From the NCBI GenBank assembly GCA_012517375.1, contig JAAYVC010000095.1:7061-71060 (forward strand): a DNA stretch of 64,000 nt, given 5' to 3'. Every line of letters begins with the position of its first letter. Position 1 is the first letter of the stretch. This document shows positions 1-8,796 of this stretch, one piece after another. A program made the position numbers and the translations under genes. Below the pieces are notes generated by a model. It made no database searches. It saw only the letters and a list, made by a program, of their open reading frames with translations, and was not told the DNA's origin. The stretch is from a bacterium. GTDB taxonomy: Bacteria > Hydrothermota > Tepidihabitantia > B3-TA06.

Positions 1-784
1 GGAAAGGATCAAAACTGCGGGCATAAACCGGAGAATTAATAAGAATGCCTTCCCTATTTCGAATCATGCCTGCCGTACTCTCAAAAGCGCCCGTCTCAAG
101 GTCCAAAGCCTCTGCAAGCGGTGCTGATTCCTTATCCTTTCCTGTTAGGACCTTCCACAAGCCAAACATGAAAAGACCTTCAAATCCTGGCTTTACCCTG
201 ATAAATTTATGGGCAAAATGCGATGTGTTTGATGCTACCGAATCTACCACAATATAACGAAAATCCTTATTATCGCTCTTTGCCTTTGCAAGATATCCTG
301 ATACCACCGAAAACTGAGAATAAGGATCTCCGACGATTAATGCATATCCTGCTGACGTAACCGCGTCTTGGTTGACGCTATTTCTCTTTCCATAGTTAAA
401 GACTTTTGCCGGAGAAAAGGATACATACGCCATGTTCTTGAAACCCGATGCCGATATCCAGTTTGAATAAGCGTCGATTTCTTCAACGGAAAAAGTATTG
501 TCATAGAGAAAAAGAACCTCCTCGGGTTTGTAATCCGACAACCGCCGTCTCAGATATTCAATACCTGCCGCAATTGAGGATGATTTTCCTTCTACTATTG
601 AATGATACAATCTTTTAGGATGATTGACGAAACTCGAGGCAGCATTTCCTCTCGGACACAATCTGCCTTCATTCCTTGAATTCGCAGTGTATTCAACCCT
701 GCGGACCTCCCCGTCTTTAACCTCAAAGGAAAGCCTGCATCCGAGATTACAAAAAGGGCAAACGGTCGATTCTCTATCGCTCAT
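1..784 (-). CDS. Molybdopterin (Mo/W-bisPGD) oxidoreductase catalytic subunit, N-terminal part. It runs off the window start and has no TAT signal, so it is probably cytoplasmic, formate-dehydrogenase-like.
   Basis: I hand-translated the reverse strand. It is an open frame of 261 codons with no stop, beginning MSDRESTVCPFCNLGCRLSF...GRLCPRGNAASSFVNH. The CxxCxxxC...CP(K/R)G N-terminal 4Fe-4S motif is typical of MopB enzymes. Its ATG overlaps the upstream stop (ATGA). It is missing from the ORF track because it has no in-window stop. Confidence 0.7.
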   Translation of the reverse strand, partial: MSDRESTVCPFCNLGCRLSFEVKDGEVRRVEYTANSRNEGRLCPRGNAASSFVNHPKRLYHSIVEGKSSSIAAGIEYLRRRLSDYKPEEVLFLYDNTFSVEEIDAYSNWISASGFKNMAYVSFSPAKVFNYGKRNSVNQDAVTSAGYALIVGDPYSQFSVVSGYLAKAKSDNKDFRYIVVDSVASNTSHFAHKFIRVKPGFEGLFMFGLWKVLTGKDKESAPLAEALDLETGAFESTAGMIRNREGILINSPVYARSFDPF

Positions 785-1593
785 ACAAATGGATCCTCGA
801 GGTGTTTTATCCTGTCCCACGTGATAACCGGGCCATCCTTGCAGCAGTAAAGCTCACCCAGCCTGCAATGTCCGCATTTACCGAAACCGCAAGACATATT
901 CTTCTCCATGGAAAGATAGATATCTTCATCGGCAAATCCAAGTTCCAGCAGTCGCTTAGTGGCGAATTTCATCATTATTGGCGGACCGCAAACCACAGCC
1001 AATCCGTCTTTCGGCGAGAAAGGCAGATTATCTAATAAGATTGTTACAACACCAACCTGCTCTTTCCAGTTCTTGTCTCCAACATCAACGCTTCGTCTTA
1101 TCTCGACATTTTGGATCTTTGCCCATTCCTTAAACATTCTTTCGTAGACAATGTCCTTTGAGGTCCGAGCGCCATAGTAAAGATGTATACCTTTGTATGC
1201 TGTAGGATTGTGCGTAAGAGCGAAGAATAACGCGCGCAAAGGAGCCATCCCGACGCCACCACCAACAAGTAGAACATGACGCTTCTCGTATTTTTCTATG
1301 GAGTAAGGAACACCATAGGGTCCCCTCACAGCTAAGGAATCACCAGGTCTGGCATCGAATAATTTACCGGTAACACGTCCGACCTTCATTATTGTCATTT
1401 CAATGTTTTTCTGCTCGTAAGGGGAAGATGAAGGAGTAAACGGCGCTTCACCGACTCCGGGAACGGTTAATTCAATGAACTGTCCTGCCCTGAATGCAAG
1501 AAACGGCTTAGGTTCCAGAACGAATGTCCTGATGTTCGGAGTTTCGACAATCACTTCCTTAACAAGAGCTGGCCGGGCTTCGTAGGGATTCAT
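781..1593 (-). CDS. FAD/NAD(P)-binding oxidoreductase with a C-terminal 2Fe-2S cluster (sulfhydrogenase gamma / AsrB / PyrK-like).
   Basis: The ORF is 781..1707. I trimmed it to the internal Met (MNPYEARPALVKEV...), which abuts the upstream stop. FAD/NAD-binding motifs are present. The C-terminus CGFGKCGHCRLGELYCCKDGPV is typical of the PyrK/HydG/AsrB family. Confidence 0.75.
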   Translation of the reverse strand: MNPYEARPALVKEVIVETPNIRTFVLEPKPFLAFRAGQFIELTVPGVGEAPFTPSSSPYEQKNIEMTIMKVGRVTGKLFDARPGDSLAVRGPYGVPYSIEKYEKRHVLLVGGGVGMAPLRALFFALTHNPTAYKGIHLYYGARTSKDIVYERMFKEWAKIQNVEIRRSVDVGDKNWKEQVGVVTILLDNLPFSPKDGLAVVCGPPIMMKFATKRLLELGFADEDIYLSMEKNMSCGFGKCGHCRLGELYCCKDGPVITWDRIKHLEDPFV

Positions 1594-2612
1594 AGGGCCC
1601 CCAGAACTTTGCGTATGTCTATTTTCCCGGAACAAGCGGATATGCATCGGCCGCAGCCTGTACACGCAATAACCTTGAAGTTCCTGGGAAAACTCATGAA
1701 TTTGCATTCAAATCTGTTTCGAAGACGGTGTGAGAAATGTGCAAGGGGGTTTGCTCCCCCTCCAACTCTGCCATAGGCAGCATGGTAGCAAAAATCAAGA
1801 ACTTTGATTCTATTAAAACCCTTGTCGCTTGGAGTATCATAGAGCAGAAAACAATAGCAGGTCGGGCAAATGCGTTCACAAGCCTGACAGTCTACACAGT
1901 TTTCTAAAACCTTGGACCAGAATTTTGTATCCATTTGCTTTTCAACACGTTTATCCAAATCATTCGGAAATTCAGAAGAATTTATTTTCGATAAATTACG
2001 TTCTGCGTCGCTACGGAATTTCTCACGTCGCTTAAGCTCTTTTTCAGGAATCTCAGTGAAAAGAGTACTCGCCTTTTCTATAAATTGTTCGCCTTTCGAG
2101 GAAAGAATATCGATTAAGAGTCCTTCATCTCCGAATGAAATGTTTAGATCGCCACCCCATATCGAGTAAGGCTTCCCGCCAATGCTTGTACAAAAACATG
2201 TATCCTGCGGTTCAGGACAATCTACAGTAACTATAAAATATTTCTCCCTGCGCTCCCGATAGAATGGGTCTTCAACCTCCCCCTTTAGATATATATTATC
2301 CTGTATCTCGATAAGAGAACGGATATCACAATCCTTAGGACCTATGATAACTTTCGGCTGCGATTCTTTTGAAAAGAATTGAGGATATGATGCAACCCTT
2401 TCTCTCGAAACAAGAAAAAATTCCTTTAAAGGTTCAACTGGACGAATCGTCTTCAGAGCTTCAAGAAGCTCTTCTGGTTTGACGGTTTCGTTTTTCCATA
2501 ATTCATATACAGCTTGGCGACCCTTGTTGCGTGGATAATAGGTATCCCCCAAATGCGACAATCGGTTGTATAAAGTAGGAATCGAGGCGTTAACTAAATA
2601 AAGAGACCTCAT
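1590..2612 (-). CDS. Iron-sulfur subunit with two 4Fe-4S cluster motifs (AsrA / sulfhydrogenase beta HydB-like).
   Basis: The ORF is 340 aa with the motifs CVDCQACERICPTCYC and CTGCGRCISACSGKID. It is the first gene of a three-gene coupled operon. Confidence 0.7.
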   Translation of the reverse strand: MRSLYLVNASIPTLYNRLSHLGDTYYPRNKGRQAVYELWKNETVKPEELLEALKTIRPVEPLKEFFLVSRERVASYPQFFSKESQPKVIIGPKDCDIRSLIEIQDNIYLKGEVEDPFYRERREKYFIVTVDCPEPQDTCFCTSIGGKPYSIWGGDLNISFGDEGLLIDILSSKGEQFIEKASTLFTEIPEKELKRREKFRSDAERNLSKINSSEFPNDLDKRVEKQMDTKFWSKVLENCVDCQACERICPTCYCFLLYDTPSDKGFNRIKVLDFCYHAAYGRVGGGANPLAHFSHRLRNRFECKFMSFPRNFKVIACTGCGRCISACSGKIDIRKVLGAL

Positions 2613-2620
2613 TAACGCGA

Positions 2621-2648
2621 ACCATACTCATATTTTTTGGTTTGTCAA
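2621..2648 (-). promoter_or_regulatory. Sigma70-type promoter: TTGACA, 16-bp spacer, TATGGT. The -10 element lies 8 nt from the ATG at 2612, so the operon mRNA is probably leaderless.
   Basis: Read on the reverse strand as aatacTTGACAaaccaaaaaatatgagTATGGTtcgcgttaATG. There is no Shine-Dalgarno sequence. Confidence 0.5.
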
Positions 2649-2870
2649 GTATTTGTTCTGTAGCACTATTTGGAAAATCGTAGCACTGTTTCGTTTTAAC
2701 ATTAAAGTGAAATTTCTTGTGCTTAATGATATCAAGATTATCCGCGGAACACGAATTCTTGCAAGACCTGATGTCCTGGTGGAACAACGGCCGTGTGATG
2801 AGAAGCGTCGGATTTCCCGACGGTCTGGATTTGACAATTTACGATATGATAATACTGTTTGAAAAATGAA

Positions 2871-3180
2871 AACTCGATAATACATCCTTCAGATTCATTG
2901 TTCTTCTCAAGAATGGAACACCTATAGGAGAAACTTCCTACCTCGATCATGATACCGAAAGAAATCAGATCGAAATAGGTTTGAGATACGCAAACCCGAT
3001 CTGTGGGGACAAGGATACGGTACTGAAACCCTTAAGGTCATGACGAATTATGCCTTTGAACATTCGGGTGTGGAGCGCGCTCTTCTTAATCCATCTAAAT
3101 CCAATTCCCGGATTATCCATGTTAATGAAAAGTGCGGCTATAGAACAATTGGTGAAAAAAAAATTATTAATGGAACTTAA
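2871..3180 (+). pseudogene. Decayed GNAT N-acetyltransferase remnant: C-terminal half only, with frameshifts.
   Basis: Two frames together read ...IGETSYLDHDTERNQIEIGLRYANP / DLWGQGYGTETLKVMTNYAFEHSGVERALL...RIIHVNEKCGYRTIG. This is the classic RimJ/RimL-like GNAT core. It is interrupted by a 1-nt frameshift near 2996-2998, and an A9 tract at 3155-3163 gives alternative C-termini. There is no N-terminal half and no start codon. Confidence 0.55.
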
Positions 3181-3555
3181 AAAATGCAATTGGTTTCTGG
3201 ATGAAATCGAATCTGAAAGCATAATTCATTAAACCCTTTCCACTAATAATTCTTTATCTTCCTGAAAACATAAATCTAATACAGGAACACATAAGTTTTT
3301 TGAGGTCAATTTAGTTTGTTAATTACTGAGGTAGATTACAAGACTGGCTCTCCTTCCAATAACATTTCATAAATAAGATTCTGTTAATAGACTTGAACGC
3401 AAAAACCCAACTAAAAGTAAGATGTTATCCAGAGGACACTATCGGCTATCTTTAGGCCAAGCTGATAAATAATCGATATCCTGCGTACAATTGAATCGCA
3501 ATGACTAATCTTGACAGCTTTCAAACCAAACCGTGTTTTAAGATTAAGTTACGCA

Positions 3556-3583
3556 CTTGACAATCCGAAAAGCTGCCTTATAA
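3556..3583 (+). promoter_or_regulatory. Near-consensus sigma70 promoter: TTGACA, 16-bp spacer, TATAAT.
   Basis: The sequence is acTTGACAatccgaaaagctgcctTATAATat. An AAGGAGG RBS sits 6 nt before the ATG at 3654. Confidence 0.6.
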
Positions 3584-3653
3584 TATATCCTTATTGGAAG
3601 CTATGGAGGAGGAAGGAAAAAGATGTCGACGTTTTAACGCAAGGAGGACACTC

Positions 3654-4028
3654 ATGAAACATGAAATTTGGTATGATAACAAAGAAGATGTATTACGAGA
3701 AAGAATAATAGGTACATTAACAGAAGATGATATACCTGAATTCCTTGCCAAGGTTGCCGAATTATTTGAAGGTAAGACACGCAGACGAGCCATTATAGAT
3801 CTCACGCAGGCCTCAAAGCAGGTCTACAGCAAAAAAGCCAGACAAATGCTGTCTGAAGGTTCAGCAAAACTCGGTTATGAAGAAAAAATTGCTTTTGTGG
3901 GGGCGGACCCAACCATAAGAATGATGGCTAAGGTTCTCATTTCGGGAGCAAAATTCCTAGGCAAACCAATAACTGCTCAATTCTTTAAGACAGATAAAGA
4001 TGCGATTGACTGGTTAAATCGCCAATAA
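3654..4028 (+). CDS. SpoIIAA-like / STAS-fold protein (paralogue 1 of 5).
   Basis: I trimmed to the MKHEIWYD start, which has an RBS. The protein is 124 aa. Its C-terminal motif ...IRMMAKVL...FFKTDKDAIDWL is shared with the ORFs at 4974, 5463, 5865 and 8793. Confidence 0.6.
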   Translation: MKHEIWYDNKEDVLRERIIGTLTEDDIPEFLAKVAELFEGKTRRRAIIDLTQASKQVYSKKARQMLSEGSAKLGYEEKIAFVGADPTIRMMAKVLISGAKFLGKPITAQFFKTDKDAIDWLNRQ

Positions 4029-4051
4029 CACTATACCTTAACCATCAATCT

Positions 4052-4678
4052 ATGGACAACTCAAAAATTGACGGATATGTAAGGCCTGCAAGGCCGGAAG
4101 ATGCCACGTATGCAGCCCCTCTTATAATCGAAACGGGATACGATACTATAATCATAAGTTTCGGATCATTAAAAAAGGGAAACCATGTTTTAAAAAGAAT
4201 GTTCTCCTTGCCTTCAAATATGCACAGTTTTCAACACAGTTCCGTGTACGTTAATCAGAACAAAGTTAAAGGTTTGCTTTTAGGATATGGTTCCGAGGAG
4301 GAAAGAAAAGAAACGCTGACAAGTTCAATGCTTCTGATTTCCTCAATGGGAATCTATGGCTTACTGCTTCTTGAAAGACTTTTACGAATCAGGAATCTTA
4401 TCGGCGAAATTCCTGACGAGGATTATTATATTCATTGTCTTGCGGTAAGTCCTGAATTGCGCGGTCAAGGCATAGGCTCCCTGCTTATGAAAGAAGCGGA
4501 ACGAATAGCCAAGCTTTCAAATAAAAAAAGGATTTCGTTGCTTGTTGAAGCAAGAAACAAACGAGCCATCAAGTTCTATCTTCGGGAAGGTTTTAAGGTA
4601 ATAGGACAAAGATACGATACGAGTTTCAAACAGCGATTTAACTTCGATAGCTACATGAAAATGACAAAAGCTCTCTGA
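4052..4678 (+). CDS. GNAT family N-acetyltransferase.
   Basis: The protein is 208 aa. It has the acetyl-CoA-binding motif LAVSPELRGQGIGSLLM and ...NKRAIKFYLREGFKV. Confidence 0.8.
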   Translation: MDNSKIDGYVRPARPEDATYAAPLIIETGYDTIIISFGSLKKGNHVLKRMFSLPSNMHSFQHSSVYVNQNKVKGLLLGYGSEEERKETLTSSMLLISSMGIYGLLLLERLLRIRNLIGEIPDEDYYIHCLAVSPELRGQGIGSLLMKEAERIAKLSNKKRISLLVEARNKRAIKFYLREGFKVIGQRYDTSFKQRFNFDSYMKMTKAL

Positions 4679-4973
4679 CTGATTTAGAAAAGATCCAAAT
4701 AATCGACAAATAACTTTCGAACCAGACAACCAAAATTTCGTACTTGTCAGGATTATTACCTATTTATTACAGTAGGTTATCCATAGTATTGTGCAAAATC
4801 CTTTTCTACCTAGTATTCAGTTACAGGAAGTTTGTTTATGAGGAGTAATTTCTTATACTTAAAACGCTGGCTAAAACAGCCACGCCGTTCTAGATTTTCC
4901 ACTAAAAAATGTTTATTTCTATGCTTTATAACAGGAATTAAACAAACCTTTCTCCCTATGGAGGTAATAAGCA

Positions 4974-5354
4974 ATGGTGACTGAAAAAAAGTTCGAGGGT
5001 GCCTATAATGATGAAAAGAAGTATCTTCACGTTACGGTATACAAAATCGATTCTGCAGATGATGCGCATGGAATGTGGAAGATGATAATAAAGGAACTTG
5101 AAGGGAAAACAAATAGGGAGGTGCTTGTGGATCTGAGTCCAAATAAGCAGACCTCCGTTGCACTCTCGGCAAGAAAGGCTTTCAGGGAATACGAAGATTT
5201 TTTCACGACTATCTCCAAGGTCGCATTCATAGCGGAAAATCCAATAATCCGCATGCTCGTTAAAACGACAATGACCGTTATAGATAAAAATAAAGTCTCG
5301 AAGTATTTTAAAACCGTTTCTGAAGGTTTGGAATGGCTCAAGGAGGGCAATTGA
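4974..5354 (+). CDS. SpoIIAA-like / STAS-fold protein (paralogue 2).
   Basis: The protein is 126 aa with an RBS (GGAGGT). It contains ...VLVDLSPNKQTS... and the C-terminus IRMLVKT...YFKTVSEGLEWLKEG. Confidence 0.6.
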   Translation: MVTEKKFEGAYNDEKKYLHVTVYKIDSADDAHGMWKMIIKELEGKTNREVLVDLSPNKQTSVALSARKAFREYEDFFTTISKVAFIAENPIIRMLVKTTMTVIDKNKVSKYFKTVSEGLEWLKEGN

Positions 5355-5462
5355 ATAGCAATCTAAAAGGACAGGTTAAAAAAACATTGGAATCAAGCAG
5401 GCTGATGGAATTGTCAAATTGCCGCTTGAAAATAAATGCGAGACAAAAGGGAGTTATCTAAA

Positions 5463-5828
5463 ATGCTGCATGAGATTTATTTCGATTATAACACAGGCTC
5501 CATCAGGATGAATTTCAAGGGTTTGTTTACACCGCAAGATGCGGAAGAGTTTTTTCCGTTGACAAAAAAACTCTGCGAAGGAAAAAAACGCTGTTATCTC
5601 CTTTGTGATTTCAAGGAAGGAGGAACTGAAATACCTAAAGATAAGGAATACAGACAGTGGCTTATTAAAATGTACAAGGAATCTGGTTTCGATCGAATAG
5701 CAATCTTCAATACGTCGCCTTCCATGAGAATGCTTGCAAAGATAGCTCTCGCGGCAGCGGGACAATCTAAAAACGTCCGATTCTTCAAAACAGAAGAAGA
5801 GGCACTATCATGGTTTCAAAACGAATAA
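5463..5828 (+). CDS. SpoIIAA-like / STAS-fold protein (paralogue 3).
   Basis: I trimmed to MLHEIYFDYN, parallel to MKHEIWYDN of paralogue 1. The C-terminus is MRMLAKIAL...FFKTEEEALSWFQNE. Confidence 0.6.
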   Translation: MLHEIYFDYNTGSIRMNFKGLFTPQDAEEFFPLTKKLCEGKKRCYLLCDFKEGGTEIPKDKEYRQWLIKMYKESGFDRIAIFNTSPSMRMLAKIALAAAGQSKNVRFFKTEEEALSWFQNE

Positions 5829-5864
5829 ACAACGAAACCATAAGTTAGTAAAAGGGGTGTCATC

Positions 5865-6053
5865 ATGGATGAATACCTTATACCTCAGGCTCTGAATTTT
5901 CTCGATGAAGCCTGCAGAGAGATGAATTGGAAGAAAGTAGCGTTTATCAACGCCGGTTCTCTTGTCCTCATACAACGTCTTGCAGCAAAAGATGGAATTC
6001 GAATTTTCAACAGTAAAGATGAGGCATTGAACTGGTTGAAGGATGGATTATAA
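5865..6053 (+). CDS. Truncated SpoIIAA-like paralogue (C-terminal half only, 62 aa).
   Basis: It retains the family C-terminal motif LIQRLAAKDGIRIFNSKDEALNWLKDG. It has its own RBS (AAAAGGGGTG). Confidence 0.45.
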   Translation: MDEYLIPQALNFLDEACREMNWKKVAFINAGSLVLIQRLAAKDGIRIFNSKDEALNWLKDGL

Positions 6054-6332
6054 ACTATTTTTTTGTTAAATTATTATAATGCTATGCTCTTCACTTTCCC
6101 CTGTATCTAGTTTAGAAGATTATTGTAGGGTAATTCTGTATAATTATTCGTTAACTAATACCGTTTTTAAAAATAAGGATTATTCGAGCAATGGGGTTGC
6201 ATAAGAGGAAAATTATGTATAATTACGTTACGGGTATCGTAAAACTATTTGTATTGGTTTCAAGTGAGGTAATAAATCAGGAGGATGTAAAATCCTCAGG
6301 AAACCTCGTAATAAGATACTGAAGGAGTAAAA

Positions 6333-6986
6333 ATGGCTGAAGGAAAAGTAAAAGGAATCAGAAACTTCGAAAAGAGAATCGAAGCCATCGAAGAAGTGCT
6401 TGCTACTGCCGCTGGCGGCGATTTCATGTCAGAGATCTCCATCGATATGGAGGAACCTGATGTACTAACATCAGTTGAAACGGGCATAAATCTTTTGATT
6501 TCTGATCTCGGAGAAGAGGTACGCCAGAGTCAGAATCGTGCCCAGGAACTCCAGGATAAACTGGACCTAATCGAGAAACAAAGACAGGCAATCGAGGAGC
6601 TGTCAACACCCATAATAAAGATTTGGGATCAAGTGTTAGTCTTGCCTCTGATAGGCGCACTTGATACAAGACGTTCGCAAAAACTTACGGAATCGCTATT
6701 AAACGAGATTGCTTCAACTCAAAGCAAGGTCACGATACTTGACATCACGGGCGTTCCAACGGTGGATTCGGCAGTGGCTAACCACATACTCAAAACCGTT
6801 GCATCTGTGAAACTTCTCGGCGCCCAATGCGTAATTACAGGTATAAGACCTGAAGTCGCACAAACCATCGTTCACCTTGGAGTTGATCTATCTGAAGTCG
6901 AAACCCTATCAAATCTTTCAGAAGGACTCAAGTGGGCCTTCAAACATTTGCATCTTAAGATAACAGAAGATAACAAGAAGGCTTGA
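6333..6986 (+). CDS. rsbR: RsbR-like stressosome sensor/co-antagonist: a short N-terminal coiled-coil domain plus a C-terminal STAS domain.
   Basis: The C-terminal part STPIIKIWDQVLVLPLIGALDTRRSQKLTESLL...VTILDITGVPTVDSAVANHILKTVASVKLLGAQCVITGIRPEVAQTIVHLGVDL closely follows the RsbR STAS consensus. Confidence 0.8.
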   Translation: MAEGKVKGIRNFEKRIEAIEEVLATAAGGDFMSEISIDMEEPDVLTSVETGINLLISDLGEEVRQSQNRAQELQDKLDLIEKQRQAIEELSTPIIKIWDQVLVLPLIGALDTRRSQKLTESLLNEIASTQSKVTILDITGVPTVDSAVANHILKTVASVKLLGAQCVITGIRPEVAQTIVHLGVDLSEVETLSNLSEGLKWAFKHLHLKITEDNKKA

Positions 6987-6987
6987 A

Positions 6988-7422
6988 ATGCTGCAAAATA
7001 ATCCCGTTCCCATTCTCAAACTCAGGGATTTCCTCCTCGTTTCTATACAGACAGACCTCCATGACCGTATGGCAGAACAACTCCAATATGATATCCTCAG
7101 GCGGATTTCGGAAACGCAGGCGAAGGGCGTCTTGATAGATATCTCCGCATTAGAGATGGTCGATTCTTTCATTGGACGAACCCTTGCGGATACTGCACGA
7201 ATGGCAAACACGCTGGATGCAGAAATAGTAATAGTAGGAATGAAGCCTGCAGTCGCAATAACCCTAGTCGAACTCGGTCTTTCTCTTGGAGACGTTCAAA
7301 CCGCCCTTTCTTTGGAAGACGGATTCCACATCCTAGAAGAATCACTCCTTGATTCCAGTTCTAAAGACGAAGAGGAAGCTTCAGAAGAAACAGAGGTCGA
7401 AGAGAATGATGATTCCAATTAA
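6988..7422 (+). CDS. rsbS: RsbS-like stressosome scaffold (single STAS domain) with an acidic C-terminal tail.
   Basis: The sequence is PILKLRDFLLVSIQTDLHDRMAEQLQYDILRRISETQAKGVLIDISALEMVDSFIGRTLADTARMANTLDAEIVIVGMKPAVAITLVELGL. It starts 1 nt after the rsbR stop. Confidence 0.8.
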   Translation: MLQNNPVPILKLRDFLLVSIQTDLHDRMAEQLQYDILRRISETQAKGVLIDISALEMVDSFIGRTLADTARMANTLDAEIVIVGMKPAVAITLVELGLSLGDVQTALSLEDGFHILEESLLDSSSKDEEEASEETEVEENDDSN

Positions 7423-7792
7423 TGAGGAATCTGATATCGTTCACGCACGCAACGAAGCAAAGGAATTCGCAAAAAAGCTGGGATTCGGTCTTGTCGACCA
7501 GACAAGAATAAGCACAGCCGTATCCGAGCTCGCTCGAAACGTTTACACCTATGCAGGAAAAGGGGAGGTTACAATTCAAGAACTTTCAAATCCTCATCGG
7601 GGAATACGTATAGAGTTCAAGGATGAAGGACCTGGGATTGAAGACGTAGAACTCGCAATGCAGGACGGGTGGTCATCATCCCGGAGTATGGGCAAAGGAT
7701 TACCCGGCTCTAAAAGACTCGTCGATTTTATGGAGATAAATAGCAAACCTGGTTCAGGAACCTTAATTATTATTGAAAAATGGCTGAGTTGA
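7406..7792 (+). CDS. rsbT: RsbT-like switch serine kinase (GHKL ATPase).
   Basis: I trimmed to MMIPINEESDIVHARNEAKEFAKKLGF...ELARNVYTYAG...EDEGPGIED. The length and motifs match an anti-sigma-regulatory-factor kinase of about 130 aa. It overlaps the rsbS 3' end. Confidence 0.75.
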   Translation: MMIPINEESDIVHARNEAKEFAKKLGFGLVDQTRISTAVSELARNVYTYAGKGEVTIQELSNPHRGIRIEFKDEGPGIEDVELAMQDGWSSSRSMGKGLPGSKRLVDFMEINSKPGSGTLIIIEKWLS

Positions 7793-8796
7793 AACCAGAA
7801 AAAGGCGAACTTCAAATCGAAGTATCCGAACATATTCTCTGGGCTAAGGGTGTAGTAAAGCGATTCGCAGAAAAGCTTGGCTTCTATTCAAGCTCCCTTC
7901 ACGAAATAGAGCTTTGCGTTGCCGAACTTGCCACGAATCTTATCGTGCACAAGGTCAAAAATGGAAGATTGAGTTTTAACGCAATCTCTGAAAACGGGCT
8001 ACGCGGGATAGAAATCACGGCGCAGGACGAAGGACCTGGCATCAAAAACCTGCCGGACGCCTTGAGGGGAGGGGTAAGCTCCTCTGGCTCGTTGGGACAG
8101 GGTCTGGCTTCAGTACAACGATTTGCAGATGAATTCGAGATACATTCGAATCAGGAAGGAACGCATGTCAAAATACGCAAATACCTTCCACCTGAAAAAG
8201 AAAGCGAAGATACTTCCAGGAGAGACCTTACAGTCAGCGTTTCAGTAAGAACTCACCCCGAATCGACCGTTTGCGGAGATGGACATATAATCCGTCACGA
8301 CGGTCCAAAAACGCTTTTAGCCGTTATTGACGGCCTCGGACATGGCAAATCCGCACGGGAAGCCGCGGCCGCAGCCGAAGCTTATATACACGCTAATTAT
8401 CGGAAAACCCTGGAACAAATGCCTGAAGAATTGCATTCTATTCTGCGTCATACTAGAGGAGCGGTTGCATCCATAGCTAGAATCGACGAAGACAAGGAGA
8501 AAATTGACTACATTGGAGTCGGCAACATCAGTGCAAGATTATGGCTTCCTCAATCATCTGAAATGGTAAGGCTTGTCTCAATGAGCGGTACGCTCGGAGT
8601 CAGTCTTCGCACGCCGAGGCTTTTCAGTTATCCATGGAAAAAGAAAAGCGTTTTAATCATGCACAGCGACGGAATCCGCGAGCACTGGGAAGTTACAAAG
8701 AAAGAGCTTTCCGAATCGCCGACCGAAATAGCTCAGGAGTTGATTAAAAATTACTGGCGTAAAAACGACGATGCCACCGTTCTTGTCGCAAAATGA
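7780..8796 (+). CDS. Fusion protein: N-terminal RsbT/RsbW-like GHKL serine kinase domain plus a C-terminal PP2C (SpoIIE/RsbU/RsbX-type) phosphatase domain.
   Basis: The N-terminus VSEHILWAKGVVKRFAEKLGF...ELATNLIVHK...QDEGPGIKNL parallels RsbT. The C-terminus GDGHIIRHDGPKTLLAVIDGLGHGKSAREAA...IMHSDGI is a PP2C signature. Confidence 0.7.
   Translation: MAELKPEKGELQIEVSEHILWAKGVVKRFAEKLGFYSSSLHEIELCVAELATNLIVHKVKNGRLSFNAISENGLRGIEITAQDEGPGIKNLPDALRGGVSSSGSLGQGLASVQRFADEFEIHSNQEGTHVKIRKYLPPEKESEDTSRRDLTVSVSVRTHPESTVCGDGHIIRHDGPKTLLAVIDGLGHGKSAREAAAAAEAYIHANYRKTLEQMPEELHSILRHTRGAVASIARIDEDKEKIDYIGVGNISARLWLPQSSEMVRLVSMSGTLGVSLRTPRLFSYPWKKKSVLIMHSDGIREHWEVTKKELSESPTEIAQELIKNYWRKNDDATVLVAK

Noticed and set aside
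45-824. Plus-strand ORFs 45..257 and 624..824.
   Set aside because: They are antisense to the uninterrupted 261-codon reverse-strand frame that encodes a clear Mo-oxidoreductase N-terminus.
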